Source of the DNA: an uncultured Phycisphaerales bacterium | GTDB taxonomy: Bacteria; Planctomycetota; Phycisphaerae; Sedimentisphaerales; Anaerobacaceae | Direction of reading: 5' to 3' | DNA: 64,000 nucleotides | Assembly (NCBI GenBank): GCA_963718665.1 | Contig: OY970359.1 | Location: 384,001-448,000, forward strand | In this document: piece after piece, positions 20,173-30,440 of the stretch | How positions within the stretch are numbered: position 1 is the first letter of the stretch | Layout of the letters: each line of letters begins with the position of its first letter | Position numbers and translations under genes: made by a program | Notes under the pieces: generated by a model | The model's input: the letters and a program-made list of their open reading frames with translations, nothing else | Told to the model about the DNA's origin: nothing | The model's database searches: none

Positions 20173-21219
20173 ATGCGAGAGAGTCCTCTGAAAATAGCTG
20201 TCCTGGGCCTCAATGACGCGGGCAGGTCGCTGCTCGACGCGGCCAAAGGTCTCGACTGCTTTACCATCGCGGCTGTGGGTGATAATGACACAAACCTGGC
20301 GCAGCAGGTCGCCAAAGATTACAACTGCGCAGCATACGACGATTATCGCCGGCTGATAATACAGAACCAGCTCGACTGCCTGCTCGTCGCCGCACCGATT
20401 CACAATTGCGCCGAATATCTCAAACTGGCGATAAAAAAGAAATTTCACATTCTCAAGCTGCCGCCATTAGCGAGAAATTTCAGCGAGACGGCGGAATTCG
20501 TAAAGATGACGCAAAACGAGGGAGTTACACTGGCTGCGGCCAACCCGGGAAGATTCGCTCAAAGCGCACTTGCGGCAAGGGGATATTTTCTGCAAAACCC
20601 GGCACAACAGCCCTTTCTTATCCTTGCCGCAGCAGGCGAGCCGACACCGGGCACATCAAGGGCAAAATGGCGAGACGACCCCGTGCTGGCCGGAGGCGGC
20701 GCGATTCTTTACGACTGCTGGGAGATAATCGACCAGATAATTCTGAACTTCGGCCTGCCCCAGCAGGTGTATTGCGTCGCAGGAAGCACCGCAGGCGACA
20801 GACAGCAGCGACTATACAGAACTGAGGACAGCGCTATCATAACAATGAAATTCGGCGACGCGATGTCGGGCAATCTCCTCGCGGGGCACGCCTCTGTCGG
20901 GCAATCACTCGCAAACCAGCAGCAAAAATGGTTAATCGCACAGTGCCAGGATACGATTGTAAGATGCAACGACAAGGTGTTTGAAATCGCTGATTCGTGG
21001 GGACAGCGGCTCAGGCAGGACAAATTCGCGGACGATTCGCCCGCCCGGATGAAAATGGTACTGGAGAATTTCGGCTCTCATCTGCTGTGGCCCGACAAAA
21101 ACCCGCTCGTAAGCCCCGCAGCCGACACCCTGAAGATTATGGCATTTATAGAAGCTGCTTATCTTTCCGCACGCACCGGCATGCCGGAAGAGCCGGCGAG
21201 AATACTCAAAATAGCGTAA
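20173..21219 (+). CDS. Gfo/Idh/MocA-like oxidoreductase with degenerate motifs
   Basis: IAVLGL, WRDDPVLAGGGAI, EAAYLSARTG; EKP replaced by KLPP. Confidence 0.8.
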   Translation: MRESPLKIAVLGLNDAGRSLLDAAKGLDCFTIAAVGDNDTNLAQQVAKDYNCAAYDDYRRLIIQNQLDCLLVAAPIHNCAEYLKLAIKKKFHILKLPPLARNFSETAEFVKMTQNEGVTLAAANPGRFAQSALAARGYFLQNPAQQPFLILAAAGEPTPGTSRAKWRDDPVLAGGGAILYDCWEIIDQIILNFGLPQQVYCVAGSTAGDRQQRLYRTEDSAIITMKFGDAMSGNLLAGHASVGQSLANQQQKWLIAQCQDTIVRCNDKVFEIADSWGQRLRQDKFADDSPARMKMVLENFGSHLLWPDKNPLVSPAADTLKIMAFIEAAYLSARTGMPEEPARILKIA

Positions 21220-21284
21220 TGTTTTCCGGCCTGTGACAGGCAAACCGCATTTTTTTTCAACGCAATCACTCCACTGCCGGTCAA

Positions 21285-22115
21285 TTACCTGCGTGGTTCG
21301 TCAGGCAGATTTTTTAACCTGTCCAGAATGTTCTGCCGGTATTCATCTTCCCCCGTTTTTGTCCCCGCGATACCGTCCAGATAATGTGACTGGATTCTCG
21401 CCCTGAGATAATCGATGCGATTTTCGGGCGAAGGGTGCGTCAAAAAGAAATCGCAGGAATTGTTCGTCTCCTCCTCTTTCTGCAGTATCTGCATCGTTTC
21501 GACCATACCGTTGGGGTTGTAGCCGGCCCTGAGCATATATTCCATACCGCCGAGGTCTGCGGTTTTTTCGTATTCCCTGCTGTATTTGAGATCCATAAGC
21601 TGCAGGGCGATATCGGCGGCAGCCACCTCGCCCTGGTTTCTTGCCTGGGACGCCGCAAGGATAAACAACGCGCCCATTCCCGCCTGCTTGCTCATCATAT
21701 TTTCCGTATCTCTTGCGACAACGTGAACGGTCTCGTGCGCCAGTATGCCCGCGAGCTGCGATTCGCTTTCGAGTTTGGCGAGCAGTCCTTTTGTAATAAA
21801 AATGCACCCGCCGGGAATCGCCAGGGCGTTTATCGACTTATCGTTGACGGCAACATAATTAAAATCAAAATCCGGATTGTGGCTGAATCTGGCGATTTTA
21901 TGGCCTACGCCGTTTATATAATCCTGCAATATCTGGTCTTTGATTCTGCCTTTAAGCTCTTCTTCGACCTTCGGGGCAATCTCTTTGCCCAACTTTATAT
22001 CGTTATGGTAGTCACGGTCGAGCATCAGTTCGTCTTCGCCGGTAATCGGGTTTGCGGCACAGCCAAAAGAAAAACACAAACCAGATATCAACAAAAGCAA
22101 AACAAACTTATGCAT
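21285..22115 (-). CDS. M48 family zinc metalloprotease, lipoprotein
   Basis: Lipobox FGC, NPITG, INALAIPGG, LAHETVH, YSREYEKTAD, THP. Confidence 0.92.
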   Translation of the reverse strand: MHKFVLLLLISGLCFSFGCAANPITGEDELMLDRDYHNDIKLGKEIAPKVEEELKGRIKDQILQDYINGVGHKIARFSHNPDFDFNYVAVNDKSINALAIPGGCIFITKGLLAKLESESQLAGILAHETVHVVARDTENMMSKQAGMGALFILAASQARNQGEVAAADIALQLMDLKYSREYEKTADLGGMEYMLRAGYNPNGMVETMQILQKEEETNNSCDFFLTHPSPENRIDYLRARIQSHYLDGIAGTKTGEDEYRQNILDRLKNLPDEPRR

Positions 22116-22128
22116 TTTCAGTTTCCCC

Positions 22129-22204
22129 TTTATAATTTACTGTTTATGATTTATTATCCTCAAATTGTAAATCAAAAATAACAAATCGAAAATAGAAAAT
22201 AAAT
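22129..22204. repeat. Inverted pair of AT-rich heptamer arrays with no gene between
   Basis: tttataa tttactg tttatga tttatta ... aaattgt aaatcaa aaataac aaatcga aaataga. Confidence 0.6.
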
Positions 22205-23248
22205 ATGAATGAAACACTTGTAACGGGCGGACTGGTCTTTATTGTCGGGCTGGTTCTTGTTCTGCCGTTTTTATCCAAACGGGTCGAAAAACAGCTTGAG
22301 GCCTTCCTGTTTGTTATGGGGTGCCTCGCTGTAACCATCTCCTGGCTCTGGTCATGGCATTTAGTGAAAGAGGCGCTCATTGAGCCGATTAAAATTACGC
22401 TGGCGGTGCTGTTTGCGGGCGTGATTTTCCGATTCATCAGGCCCAAAGTAGGCGCATGGGCGCATGGTTTCGCACGTCTGTTCGGTTATTCGGCGCTGTT
22501 CTTCGTTATCGTTGCCGGGCTTGGCTTATTGTCCAGCGTCATCACCGCGATTATCGCTGCTCTAATTCTCGTGGAGGTCATAAGCGCATTACGCCTGCCA
22601 AGAATTCTCGAAGTGCGGCTGGTAATTATCGCCTGCTTTTCAATCGGTCTCGGCGCGGTTCTGACGCCCATCGGCGAGCCGTTATCCACTATCGCTGTAT
22701 CCAAGCTTTCGGGCGAGCCATATCACGCAAGTTTCTTCTTCCTGCTGAAACTCTTAGGTAAATGGGTAATCCCGATGGTCCTGCTGCTTGGCATATTGCC
22801 GGCGTTCCTTAAAGGCAAGCACGAGGGGCAATCGCCCACACTCACCGAGGACAAGCCGGAAAACTTCAGGGATATATTCATCAGGACAGGCAAGGTCTAT
22901 CTGTTTGTCCTCGCGCTCGTTTTTCTGGGTGCCGGTTTTACGCCAGTTGTTGACAAATATATTGTGCATATCCCTTCAGCGGCGATTTACTGGGCAAATA
23001 CCACCTCAGCAATTCTCGATAACGCGACGCTGACAGCCGCGGAAATATCCCCCGCTATGTCCATCGACACAATCAAAGACGCCCTGATGGGTCTGCTAAT
23101 CGCGGGCGGTATGCTCATCCCCGGAAATATCCCAAACATTATTTGCGCAAGCAAACTCTCGATAAAAAGCAAAGAATGGGCTGTATTCGGCATCCCCCTC
23201 GGTATGGTCATTATGCTCGGCTGCTTTATACTTCTGCTTTTGACATAA
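22205..23248 (+). CDS. DUF1646-family membrane protein (putative ion transporter)
   Basis: LTPIGEPLSTI, DNATLTAAEI, GGMLIPGNIPNII. Confidence 0.85.
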   Translation: MNETLVTGGLVFIVGLVLVLPFLSKRVEKQLEAFLFVMGCLAVTISWLWSWHLVKEALIEPIKITLAVLFAGVIFRFIRPKVGAWAHGFARLFGYSALFFVIVAGLGLLSSVITAIIAALILVEVISALRLPRILEVRLVIIACFSIGLGAVLTPIGEPLSTIAVSKLSGEPYHASFFFLLKLLGKWVIPMVLLLGILPAFLKGKHEGQSPTLTEDKPENFRDIFIRTGKVYLFVLALVFLGAGFTPVVDKYIVHIPSAAIYWANTTSAILDNATLTAAEISPAMSIDTIKDALMGLLIAGGMLIPGNIPNIICASKLSIKSKEWAVFGIPLGMVIMLGCFILLLLT

Positions 23249-23262
23249 TCTCGCATCAGCGC

Positions 23263-23291
23263 TTGCGAAATTACCTCATTTTCAGTATAAT
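23263..23291 (+). promoter_or_regulatory. sigma70 promoter of tRNA-Thr
   Basis: TTGCGA-N17-TATAAT. Confidence 0.65.
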
Positions 23292-23311
23292 CCTGCCGAT
23301 ATAGAACTTAC

Positions 23312-23383
23312 GCCAACGTAGCTCAATGGTAGAGCTCCGGTTTTGTAAACCGGAGGTTATCGGTTCGAATCCGATCGTTGGCT
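23312..23383 (+). tRNA. tRNA-Thr (anticodon UGU), CCA not encoded
   Basis: Acceptor GCCAACG/CGTTGGC, D-arm GCTCAATGGTAGAGC, anticodon stem CCGGT-TTTGTAA-ACCGG, T-loop GGTTCGAATCC. Confidence 0.96.
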
Positions 23384-23555
23384 TTCGCTCGCTTCAAAAA
23401 CCTCATAAAACAGCAAATTTAAGGGCAAATAAAGCCATCCCAGCCAAAAATGCTATTTACTTGCCCCCTTTTTCAGGATATAATAATACTGCTGCATTGT
23501 TGGACTTGTAACACCACACTCATCTCGAGAGGAACCGAAAAGGGGGCCAGTAACG

Positions 23556-25901
23556 ATGAAAAGAACGGCGTATATTTTGGCCGCATGCCTAATCGCAACC
23601 TTGGCATTCGGAATCAATCGGGCAAATGCAACCACAATAAGCGGCATTTCACAAAACGCATCCACCATCGGCAGATATACCAAATACGAACTGACATTTA
23701 CGCTTTCACGGACATATACAAACCCGTTCGACCCCTGCGTAGTTGACGTTATGGTAACGTTTCATCAGCCCGACGGGACCAACGTGAATATTCCGGGTTT
23801 TTATTACCAGGCATATTCCACATCAGGAAGCAATCCTGAATATTATACTACAGCAGGCGCAATATCCTGGAAGGCAAGATTCGCACCTTCGCAGCTCGGC
23901 TCATATACCTGCGATATCAAAGTCAAAGACGTGGATGGAACAACAACAGCAACAACCGCCGGCTCTTTTACCTGCCAGGAAAGCGGCAAAAAAGGGTTCA
24001 TCAGAGTTGACCCCAACCAGCACGACTTTCTCAAATATACTAATGGCGACACGCGCATTAACATCGGCCAGAACATCGGCTGGAATAACGGCTCACTTCC
24101 TGGCGGCGGAATCGCTGGCTGGAATTATTTCCTCACAAAATTGCACAACGCAGGCGCAAACTGGGTGCGATTATGGTGCTGCACCTATGGGGCTGATTAT
24201 GGAGTTGCGCTGGAATGGCCAATCGGATGGGGCAACAACTACTTCCAGGGCCCGGGAAAACCTTCCCTGCAAACCTCGCTTAGAATGGACGGGTATGTCG
24301 CAAGCGCAGAGCAAAACGACATCGCCATTCAGTTTGCCCTTCAGCATCACGGCCAGGTCAGCACAACCACAGATGCCGACTGGGCCTCCAATCCTTACAA
24401 TATCGCTAATACCGGCGGTTTCCTCCCAGACCCCTGCAAATACTTCACCGACCCCTGTGCTATACAATTGACCAAAAACAAATACCGCTACATCGTAGCA
24501 AGATGGGGTTATTCGCCGGCAATTTACGCCTGGGAGTTATTCAACGAAGTTCAGTGGACCGATGGCTGGAATTACGACCAGTCAACCGTTGTAAACTGGC
24601 ACAACATTATGTCATCTTACATCCGCAGCATCGATGCGTTCAATCACCCCATTACTACCAGCAGTCATGAGCCAGGTTTCGAAAACATCTGGAATCTCCC
24701 CGATATCAATCTGGTTGAGAATCACTATTATGGAAATGATACTATCCAAGTGTTCGAGCAGACAGCCCTGACCCTAGCGGACTTCAATAAACCGGTGCTT
24801 ATGGCCGAATTCGGATTAGGGGGCGGTCCCGAAGGAAGCCCTAACGAGCCGGAACCTTATGCGACACAATTAAAAGAAGGTCTGGAGATGCATAACGGCA
24901 TCTGGAGCGCCTTCTTCGCCAAAAGCAGCGCGCATCTGTGGTGGTGGGACAATTATATCGACCCCTGCAATCTTTATGGCGTATATACGCCGCTTTCGAT
25001 TTACGACGCCAATGAGAATCTTGCCGACTGCAATTTAGTCAGGGCACAGCGAGCCGCCTCCGGAACCGAGGCGTATTTTGCAAATCCGGTCCTCACCGAT
25101 TTCTGGGCGATATCCGACCAGAATATATTTTATCTCAATGTGGATTACTTCCCCGGTATGGGAAACCTCTCTCAATGGCTTCAGGGTTCCTGTCAGCCAG
25201 CCCTCAAGTCAGACCCCAATTTCCATTTGAATATGCCGACTGCCGGCTCTCTTAAAATCCACGTACAGAGTACCGCAAACTGGACCCCTAATATCCTGAG
25301 TGTGCTTGTGAATGGAGGAAAGGTTTTTTCAGGAACATATCCTGCCGATTCAAACAATTTTATAATCTCGGTCCCCCTTTCGGCGGGCCAGCAATCCGTG
25401 CAGATTAAAAACGATGGCAACGACTGGTTTGAAATAACCAGCTATGAATTCGCCCCCAATAACGTCTCGCCTCTGGGTTCTATGGGGCTTGTGGGCAAAC
25501 AGCGGGGCTATTTCTGGATTTATGACACAAACAGTCAATACGGGCTTGTAAATAACGGAACTTTCCATAATCAACCCGTTATCGCCCAGGGACTCGACGA
25601 CGGACTTTACAACGTTTATGTTTATGCGACATGGGGCGCCGGAGGCATCATCAACTCAGGGACAGCCAATTCCGTAAATGGTCAGTTGACATATACACTT
25701 CCCGATTTCAGCAAGGATATCGCCGTCAAAGTCATCGGCGTTGTCGATATTTATGACCTCGACGCTTTTTGCAATTACTGGCTGCAGACAGGTTCGAACC
25801 TGAGTGCGGACCTTAACCACGACGGCAAGGTGGATTTCGCCGACTTCAGCACATTAGCCGGCTATTGGATGAACAACAGTCCCGGGAACTGGCCTTTTTA
25901 A
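23556..25901 (+). CDS. Secreted glycoside hydrolase (DUF5060 N-terminus, GH5-like catalytic domain, dockerin-like tail)
   Basis: Signal peptide; YTNPFDP, GFIRVD, AWELFNEV acid/base, MAEFG nucleophile; ADLNHDGKVDFADF EF-hand/dockerin. Confidence 0.85.
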   Translation: MKRTAYILAACLIATLAFGINRANATTISGISQNASTIGRYTKYELTFTLSRTYTNPFDPCVVDVMVTFHQPDGTNVNIPGFYYQAYSTSGSNPEYYTTAGAISWKARFAPSQLGSYTCDIKVKDVDGTTTATTAGSFTCQESGKKGFIRVDPNQHDFLKYTNGDTRINIGQNIGWNNGSLPGGGIAGWNYFLTKLHNAGANWVRLWCCTYGADYGVALEWPIGWGNNYFQGPGKPSLQTSLRMDGYVASAEQNDIAIQFALQHHGQVSTTTDADWASNPYNIANTGGFLPDPCKYFTDPCAIQLTKNKYRYIVARWGYSPAIYAWELFNEVQWTDGWNYDQSTVVNWHNIMSSYIRSIDAFNHPITTSSHEPGFENIWNLPDINLVENHYYGNDTIQVFEQTALTLADFNKPVLMAEFGLGGGPEGSPNEPEPYATQLKEGLEMHNGIWSAFFAKSSAHLWWWDNYIDPCNLYGVYTPLSIYDANENLADCNLVRAQRAASGTEAYFANPVLTDFWAISDQNIFYLNVDYFPGMGNLSQWLQGSCQPALKSDPNFHLNMPTAGSLKIHVQSTANWTPNILSVLVNGGKVFSGTYPADSNNFIISVPLSAGQQSVQIKNDGNDWFEITSYEFAPNNVSPLGSMGLVGKQRGYFWIYDTNSQYGLVNNGTFHNQPVIAQGLDDGLYNVYVYATWGAGGIINSGTANSVNGQLTYTLPDFSKDIAVKVIGVVDIYDLDAFCNYWLQTGSNLSADLNHDGKVDFADFSTLAGYWMNNSPGNWPF

Positions 25902-25934
25902 ACTGAATCTTACTTCATAATTTCAAAATACCTC

Positions 25935-25962
25935 GGGCCGTCTTTTACAGACGGCCTTTTTT
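25935..25962 (+). terminator. Intrinsic terminator
   Basis: GGGCCGTCT-TTTAC-AGACGGCCT followed by a T-run. Confidence 0.8.
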
Positions 25963-26204
25963 CTAATATTGTCCGCAAAAAATACAGCTTTGAGTACAGT
26001 TGCAGTCGCCGCAAGGTAACATAAAAACCCTCTTTTTCGCTGCCCGCAACTAACTAAAAAGAATGGCCAAAATCGCCCTTCTAACATTATTAAAAAATCC
26101 CATAATATGCCGATATACTTAAGATACGAAAGGACAATGGGGGCGTTCTTTGTCCTAAAAATATTGCTGATATTCATCGCCAGCGGATTTGGCAAGGAGC
26201 AGGC

Positions 26205-28688
26205 GTGATAACATTTTTTTCAGTAAAAAAACGAATATCGCCGGCTTGTTCCAAAGCAGCCGAGCCGGTGAAACATCGCTGGCTGTTCTGGCTGCCTTCA
26301 ATAACAGGATTTGCTGCGCTTATATGGTTTCTCATCAGGGTAATACCAAAGCCATCACGAGCTGCATATCCCTGCCAGCGCGTTGCGTTCCCGTTAGCGT
26401 CTGGCTTCATAATCTGGCTAATGGGGTTGGCCGGTTCGGCAGTCGCGTTTCGTAAGGCAAGGCATTATTTCCTGCGGGCGAGATACATCATCGGGATGAT
26501 GTTTGTTTCCCTCAGTATCGGCTTCATCTGGATGGCGATGAGCCATACGACACCTAAAATCGTCCTCGCTGATTCGCAGCCGGCTAACGAACCAATGGGC
26601 ACTGCGCAAGGTATTTGTCCCGGTCGCGTCGTCTGGGTTCACGACGCCAACGCCACCAATGAAAACTGCACCAACACATATACCCCAGTTGAAGACGGCT
26701 GGTTTCTCCCCAAAAACAATAATCAGGCGGTGATAGATAAAATGGTCTCGCAAATGCTTCGCAGTTTGACGGGAGAAAATTCAGATGAGGCCGCATGGGA
26801 TGCCCTGTTCAAAAATTTCAACCAGACAAAGGGCAGGGGCAACGCCGGCTACTTACCAGGCCAGAAAATTATGATCAAAACAAACTTCACAAGCGCCTGG
26901 GGCTGGGGCACTGATTATCCCAATATAAACTCAACCGATTACTCAATCGTGAAAAACAGCTGGTACGGCACAGCCGAAACATCGCCGGAGGTGGTGCTCG
27001 CTTTTTTAAGGCAATTAGTGAACGTTTACGGCGTGCGCCAGCAGGATATTTCAGTCGGAGACCCGCTAAAGCATCTCTATAAACATACATACGACCTGCT
27101 GCACACGGAATTCCCGAACGTGGTCTATATCGACCACCAGTCCAGCACTTTGGGACGAACTCCGATTGTTCCCAGCGCAGCCCCTGTAATTTTTTATTCC
27201 GACCGCGGCACTATTTTACACGAAGATGGCAATTCAGCCCCGGTCTATAATGATTACCTGCCCACCTGCATCACAGAAGCCAATTATATGATTAATATCG
27301 CAGCCCTTAAAGGCCATAACAGGGCAGGCATTACTCTTTGCGCCAAGAATCATTTCGGCTCACACTGCCGTGAAGACGCCAGCCATCTTCACGAAGGACT
27401 GGTCAGTCCCGACGAAATCCACCAAACCAGGGCCGGGATGGGGTTATATAGAGTCCAGGTAGATTTGATGGGACACAAGTTCCTCGGCGGCAATACCGTG
27501 CTGAACGTTGTGGATGGACTTTGGGGTGCGCCTGAATCAATTGAAAAGCCAGAAAAATGGATATCAACCCCGTTTAATAACGACTACCCGTCAAGCATCT
27601 TTGCCTCCCAGGACCAGGTCGCCCTGGAATCTGTTTGCTTCGACTTCTTAAAAACAGAATATACTCAGGCAAATCATCCGGACAATTACTGGCCCCAGAT
27701 GGCTGGCGTGGATGACTACCTTCACCAGGCGGCGGACCCGAACAACTGGCCGGCGGATATTAACTACGACCCCGAAAACGATGGCACTCCTATCGGAAGT
27801 TTAGGTGTTCATGAGCACTGGAATGACGCCAACAATAAGCAATACACCCGCAACCTCGACCCGGTGAACGGTAAGGGCATTGAGCTGGTCAATCCCGCAT
27901 TAGACCACTATTGGGTCTCAATTACGAATTGCACCGTTTCCGCCGGCAAAAACAACATCGGCGCGATTTCAATTTCGGGCACAATGGACGTTAACGCCAA
28001 CAACCTGAATGACGCCAACAACATCACGATTACCGTTGATTCAAATGATATGCTTTCACCCTGCACCAAAATCTTCCCTGTTGACGGAAATTCATTCAAA
28101 AATGGTAAATATAGTTATGCCCTGACCAAGAGCGGAACAATAAAATCTTTCAAATACGATACGAAGACCGGAAAGTTTTCCTTTACCGCTAAAAATGTTG
28201 ACCTGTCGGGTTTGTCTTGTCCAGTAACAATGCGAATCACAATCGGCGATTCGTCCGGTGCCGGCCATGCGGGTGAAAGAATAGTCAACGGCCGCAAACC
28301 GACCCCCATAAAACTTATGCTGGGGGTCAAAAACACCCTGAGAATTGACAATTTCAAAGTTACGAAGGGTAAGAATAAATTATCCATCAATGCGGCTATC
28401 GCAGTCGAACACACAAATGTAAATCTTTCCGATGTCAACGTCACCATTACTCTTGATTCGCAGACCTTCACCATTCCCGCCGGCAGCTTTATCACAAAGA
28501 AAAATAAATTCGTCTGCACAAATGCCGCTGTTAATGAGGGCGGTTTCGCCACCGGCGTTTTCGACGCAAACAACTGCTCCTTTACTCTCACTATAAAACA
28601 AACGAACATCACCTCGCCATCGGGCTATTGGAATCTCGCCATCAAATTCGCCGATTTTAACGAATCCGGGCTGGTTTACCTGCCTTAA
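26205..28688 (+). CDS. Membrane-anchored DUF362-domain protein with a beta-rich C-terminal extension
   Basis: RVIPKPSRAAYPCQR, PGRVVWVH, LKGHNRAGITLCAKNHFG, DQVALESV. Confidence 0.8.
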   Translation: MITFFSVKKRISPACSKAAEPVKHRWLFWLPSITGFAALIWFLIRVIPKPSRAAYPCQRVAFPLASGFIIWLMGLAGSAVAFRKARHYFLRARYIIGMMFVSLSIGFIWMAMSHTTPKIVLADSQPANEPMGTAQGICPGRVVWVHDANATNENCTNTYTPVEDGWFLPKNNNQAVIDKMVSQMLRSLTGENSDEAAWDALFKNFNQTKGRGNAGYLPGQKIMIKTNFTSAWGWGTDYPNINSTDYSIVKNSWYGTAETSPEVVLAFLRQLVNVYGVRQQDISVGDPLKHLYKHTYDLLHTEFPNVVYIDHQSSTLGRTPIVPSAAPVIFYSDRGTILHEDGNSAPVYNDYLPTCITEANYMINIAALKGHNRAGITLCAKNHFGSHCREDASHLHEGLVSPDEIHQTRAGMGLYRVQVDLMGHKFLGGNTVLNVVDGLWGAPESIEKPEKWISTPFNNDYPSSIFASQDQVALESVCFDFLKTEYTQANHPDNYWPQMAGVDDYLHQAADPNNWPADINYDPENDGTPIGSLGVHEHWNDANNKQYTRNLDPVNGKGIELVNPALDHYWVSITNCTVSAGKNNIGAISISGTMDVNANNLNDANNITITVDSNDMLSPCTKIFPVDGNSFKNGKYSYALTKSGTIKSFKYDTKTGKFSFTAKNVDLSGLSCPVTMRITIGDSSGAGHAGERIVNGRKPTPIKLMLGVKNTLRIDNFKVTKGKNKLSINAAIAVEHTNVNLSDVNVTITLDSQTFTIPAGSFITKKNKFVCTNAAVNEGGFATGVFDANNCSFTLTIKQTNITSPSGYWNLAIKFADFNESGLVYLP

Positions 28689-28752
28689 TCGCAGCCCTGA
28701 ATAATCACAAACCCCTTTTATTGCATCAAAAACATGACAAAGCCACTTTACC

Positions 28753-28780
28753 TTGACGTCCGGTCCGCACAATATATAAT
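28753..28780 (+). promoter_or_regulatory. sigma70-type promoter
   Basis: TTGACG-N16-TATAAT upstream of 28905. Confidence 0.55.
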
Positions 28781-28904
28781 TGTAATCGTATTTTGTCGTT
28801 ATGGCGGGTTCGTCATTTTCGCTGCAATATATTAGCCGTGAAAAACGTTTCTAAGATAAGGGAAGCGATTGATATTCTGACTTTTTTTATGAAAGGGTAG
28901 ATAT

Positions 28905-30440
28905 ATGAAAACTGCGATTGTGCTTGTGATAACAACCGTGTTTGCGGTTGCCCCGCTGTATGGCGAGGACTCGACCCAGCCGCCGCCGACACCGGCGCAA
29001 GAACAACCCGAGGTTTTGACACGCGGCCCCGTTCACGAGGCGTTTGCCGAACCGGTTGACCTGAACACGCAGCCGGCTGTGGTGGCCCCGACCCAGCCGC
29101 CCGCCAATATAGTTGAAAATCCGCCCGCGGATAAGCCCGTGGGCGATCAATACGTATGGGTCCCGGGTTATTGGGCATGGGACTCTGAACGCAACGACTA
29201 CATCTGGGTCAGCGGCTGCTGGCGAGCCGCCCCGCCGGGCAGATACTGGGTGCCTGGCTACTGGTCCAAAACAGACATGGGCTGGGAATGGGTTCCCGGT
29301 TTCTGGGCACAACAGGTCAGTAATGTTCAGCAAATCGAGTATTTACCCGCCCCGCCTGTAATTGCTGATGTGGAACCGCCGGGAGCTCCGCCCACAGACG
29401 ACAATATCTGGGTGCCGCCCTGCTGGTATTGGTATCAGGGCCAGTATGTCTGGCGAAACGGTTACTGGCTTACGGCCCAGGAAGGATGGCTTTGGACGCC
29501 GTCGCATTATGTATGCACGCCGCGAGGTTATGTGTTCGCCGCCGGGTACTGGGATTACCCCCTGCGGAGGCGAGGCGTTTTGTTTGCGCCGTTTTATATC
29601 CCCAGGCATGTCTGGGAACGGCCCGGTTTCTCGCTATCACTTGGCGTCGCAGTAGATATCGGCGCACTTCAGCTCAATCTGTTCACCTGTCCGCGATACA
29701 GCCATTTCTACTTCGGCGATTACTATGATGACTTCTATATCGGCATAGGCATCTTCCCGCAGTTCGAGTGTGAAAGTCGCCATTCCTGGTATGACCCTAT
29801 TTATGAGCATGACCGATGGAGCCACAGGGCTGACCCGCGCTGGGAAGAGCACGAAAGACATGATTATGAGTTAAGACGCGCCAACAAGGATATGCGCCCG
29901 CCGCGAACGTACAACGAAATGGAACAACGAATGGCAAAATTGCCCGAGGCAAAACGAAAAGATATCCAGATGGCACGGACTATGGACAAAGTCATCGCAG
30001 ATAAGAAAACAACGATGAAATTCGAGCCGATAAAGGCCGACACCAGGCAAAAGATTTCAACCGGCGCAACCGATTTACGCAAATTCGGGGAGGAGCGAAG
30101 CAAATGGGAATCCTCACCGGCCTCAACGAAATCAGGCGGGCCAAACATAGAGCGCAGCGGTCAGACAACACAGCCGACAGGACAAAAAGCAGGCCCCGCA
30201 GCCGGTACCGATAACAAGACCAGGAACGCGTCTGTCCAGGAAACCAAACGCGGTCAGTCGGAACAGGTAAAGATTCCGTCTCCGCCGATTGTCGGCAAAC
30301 AGGAAGGATTCTTCAATAAAACCTCGCCGTCTCAACCGGACAATGAACGAAAAACCGACGTCAAACATACGCCCCAAGACGCACCCATGGACAAAGATTC
30401 GTCCAGAGACAGAGGTTCGCAAAGAGATGACCACAGATAA
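28905..30440 (+). CDS. Secreted YXWGXW/WXXGXW-repeat protein with a disordered tail
   Basis: RGPVHEAFA; repeated WVPGYW, WVSGCW, WVPGFW, WRNGYW. Confidence 0.85.
   Translation: MKTAIVLVITTVFAVAPLYGEDSTQPPPTPAQEQPEVLTRGPVHEAFAEPVDLNTQPAVVAPTQPPANIVENPPADKPVGDQYVWVPGYWAWDSERNDYIWVSGCWRAAPPGRYWVPGYWSKTDMGWEWVPGFWAQQVSNVQQIEYLPAPPVIADVEPPGAPPTDDNIWVPPCWYWYQGQYVWRNGYWLTAQEGWLWTPSHYVCTPRGYVFAAGYWDYPLRRRGVLFAPFYIPRHVWERPGFSLSLGVAVDIGALQLNLFTCPRYSHFYFGDYYDDFYIGIGIFPQFECESRHSWYDPIYEHDRWSHRADPRWEEHERHDYELRRANKDMRPPRTYNEMEQRMAKLPEAKRKDIQMARTMDKVIADKKTTMKFEPIKADTRQKISTGATDLRKFGEERSKWESSPASTKSGGPNIERSGQTTQPTGQKAGPAAGTDNKTRNASVQETKRGQSEQVKIPSPPIVGKQEGFFNKTSPSQPDNERKTDVKHTPQDAPMDKDSSRDRGSQRDDHR

Noticed and set aside
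21435..22181. 248-aa ORF and other long antisense ORFs in the track
   Set aside because: They lie antisense to well-supported genes and have no recognisable motifs.
23326..23511. 61-aa ORF from the track
   Set aside because: It overlaps the tRNA-Thr gene.
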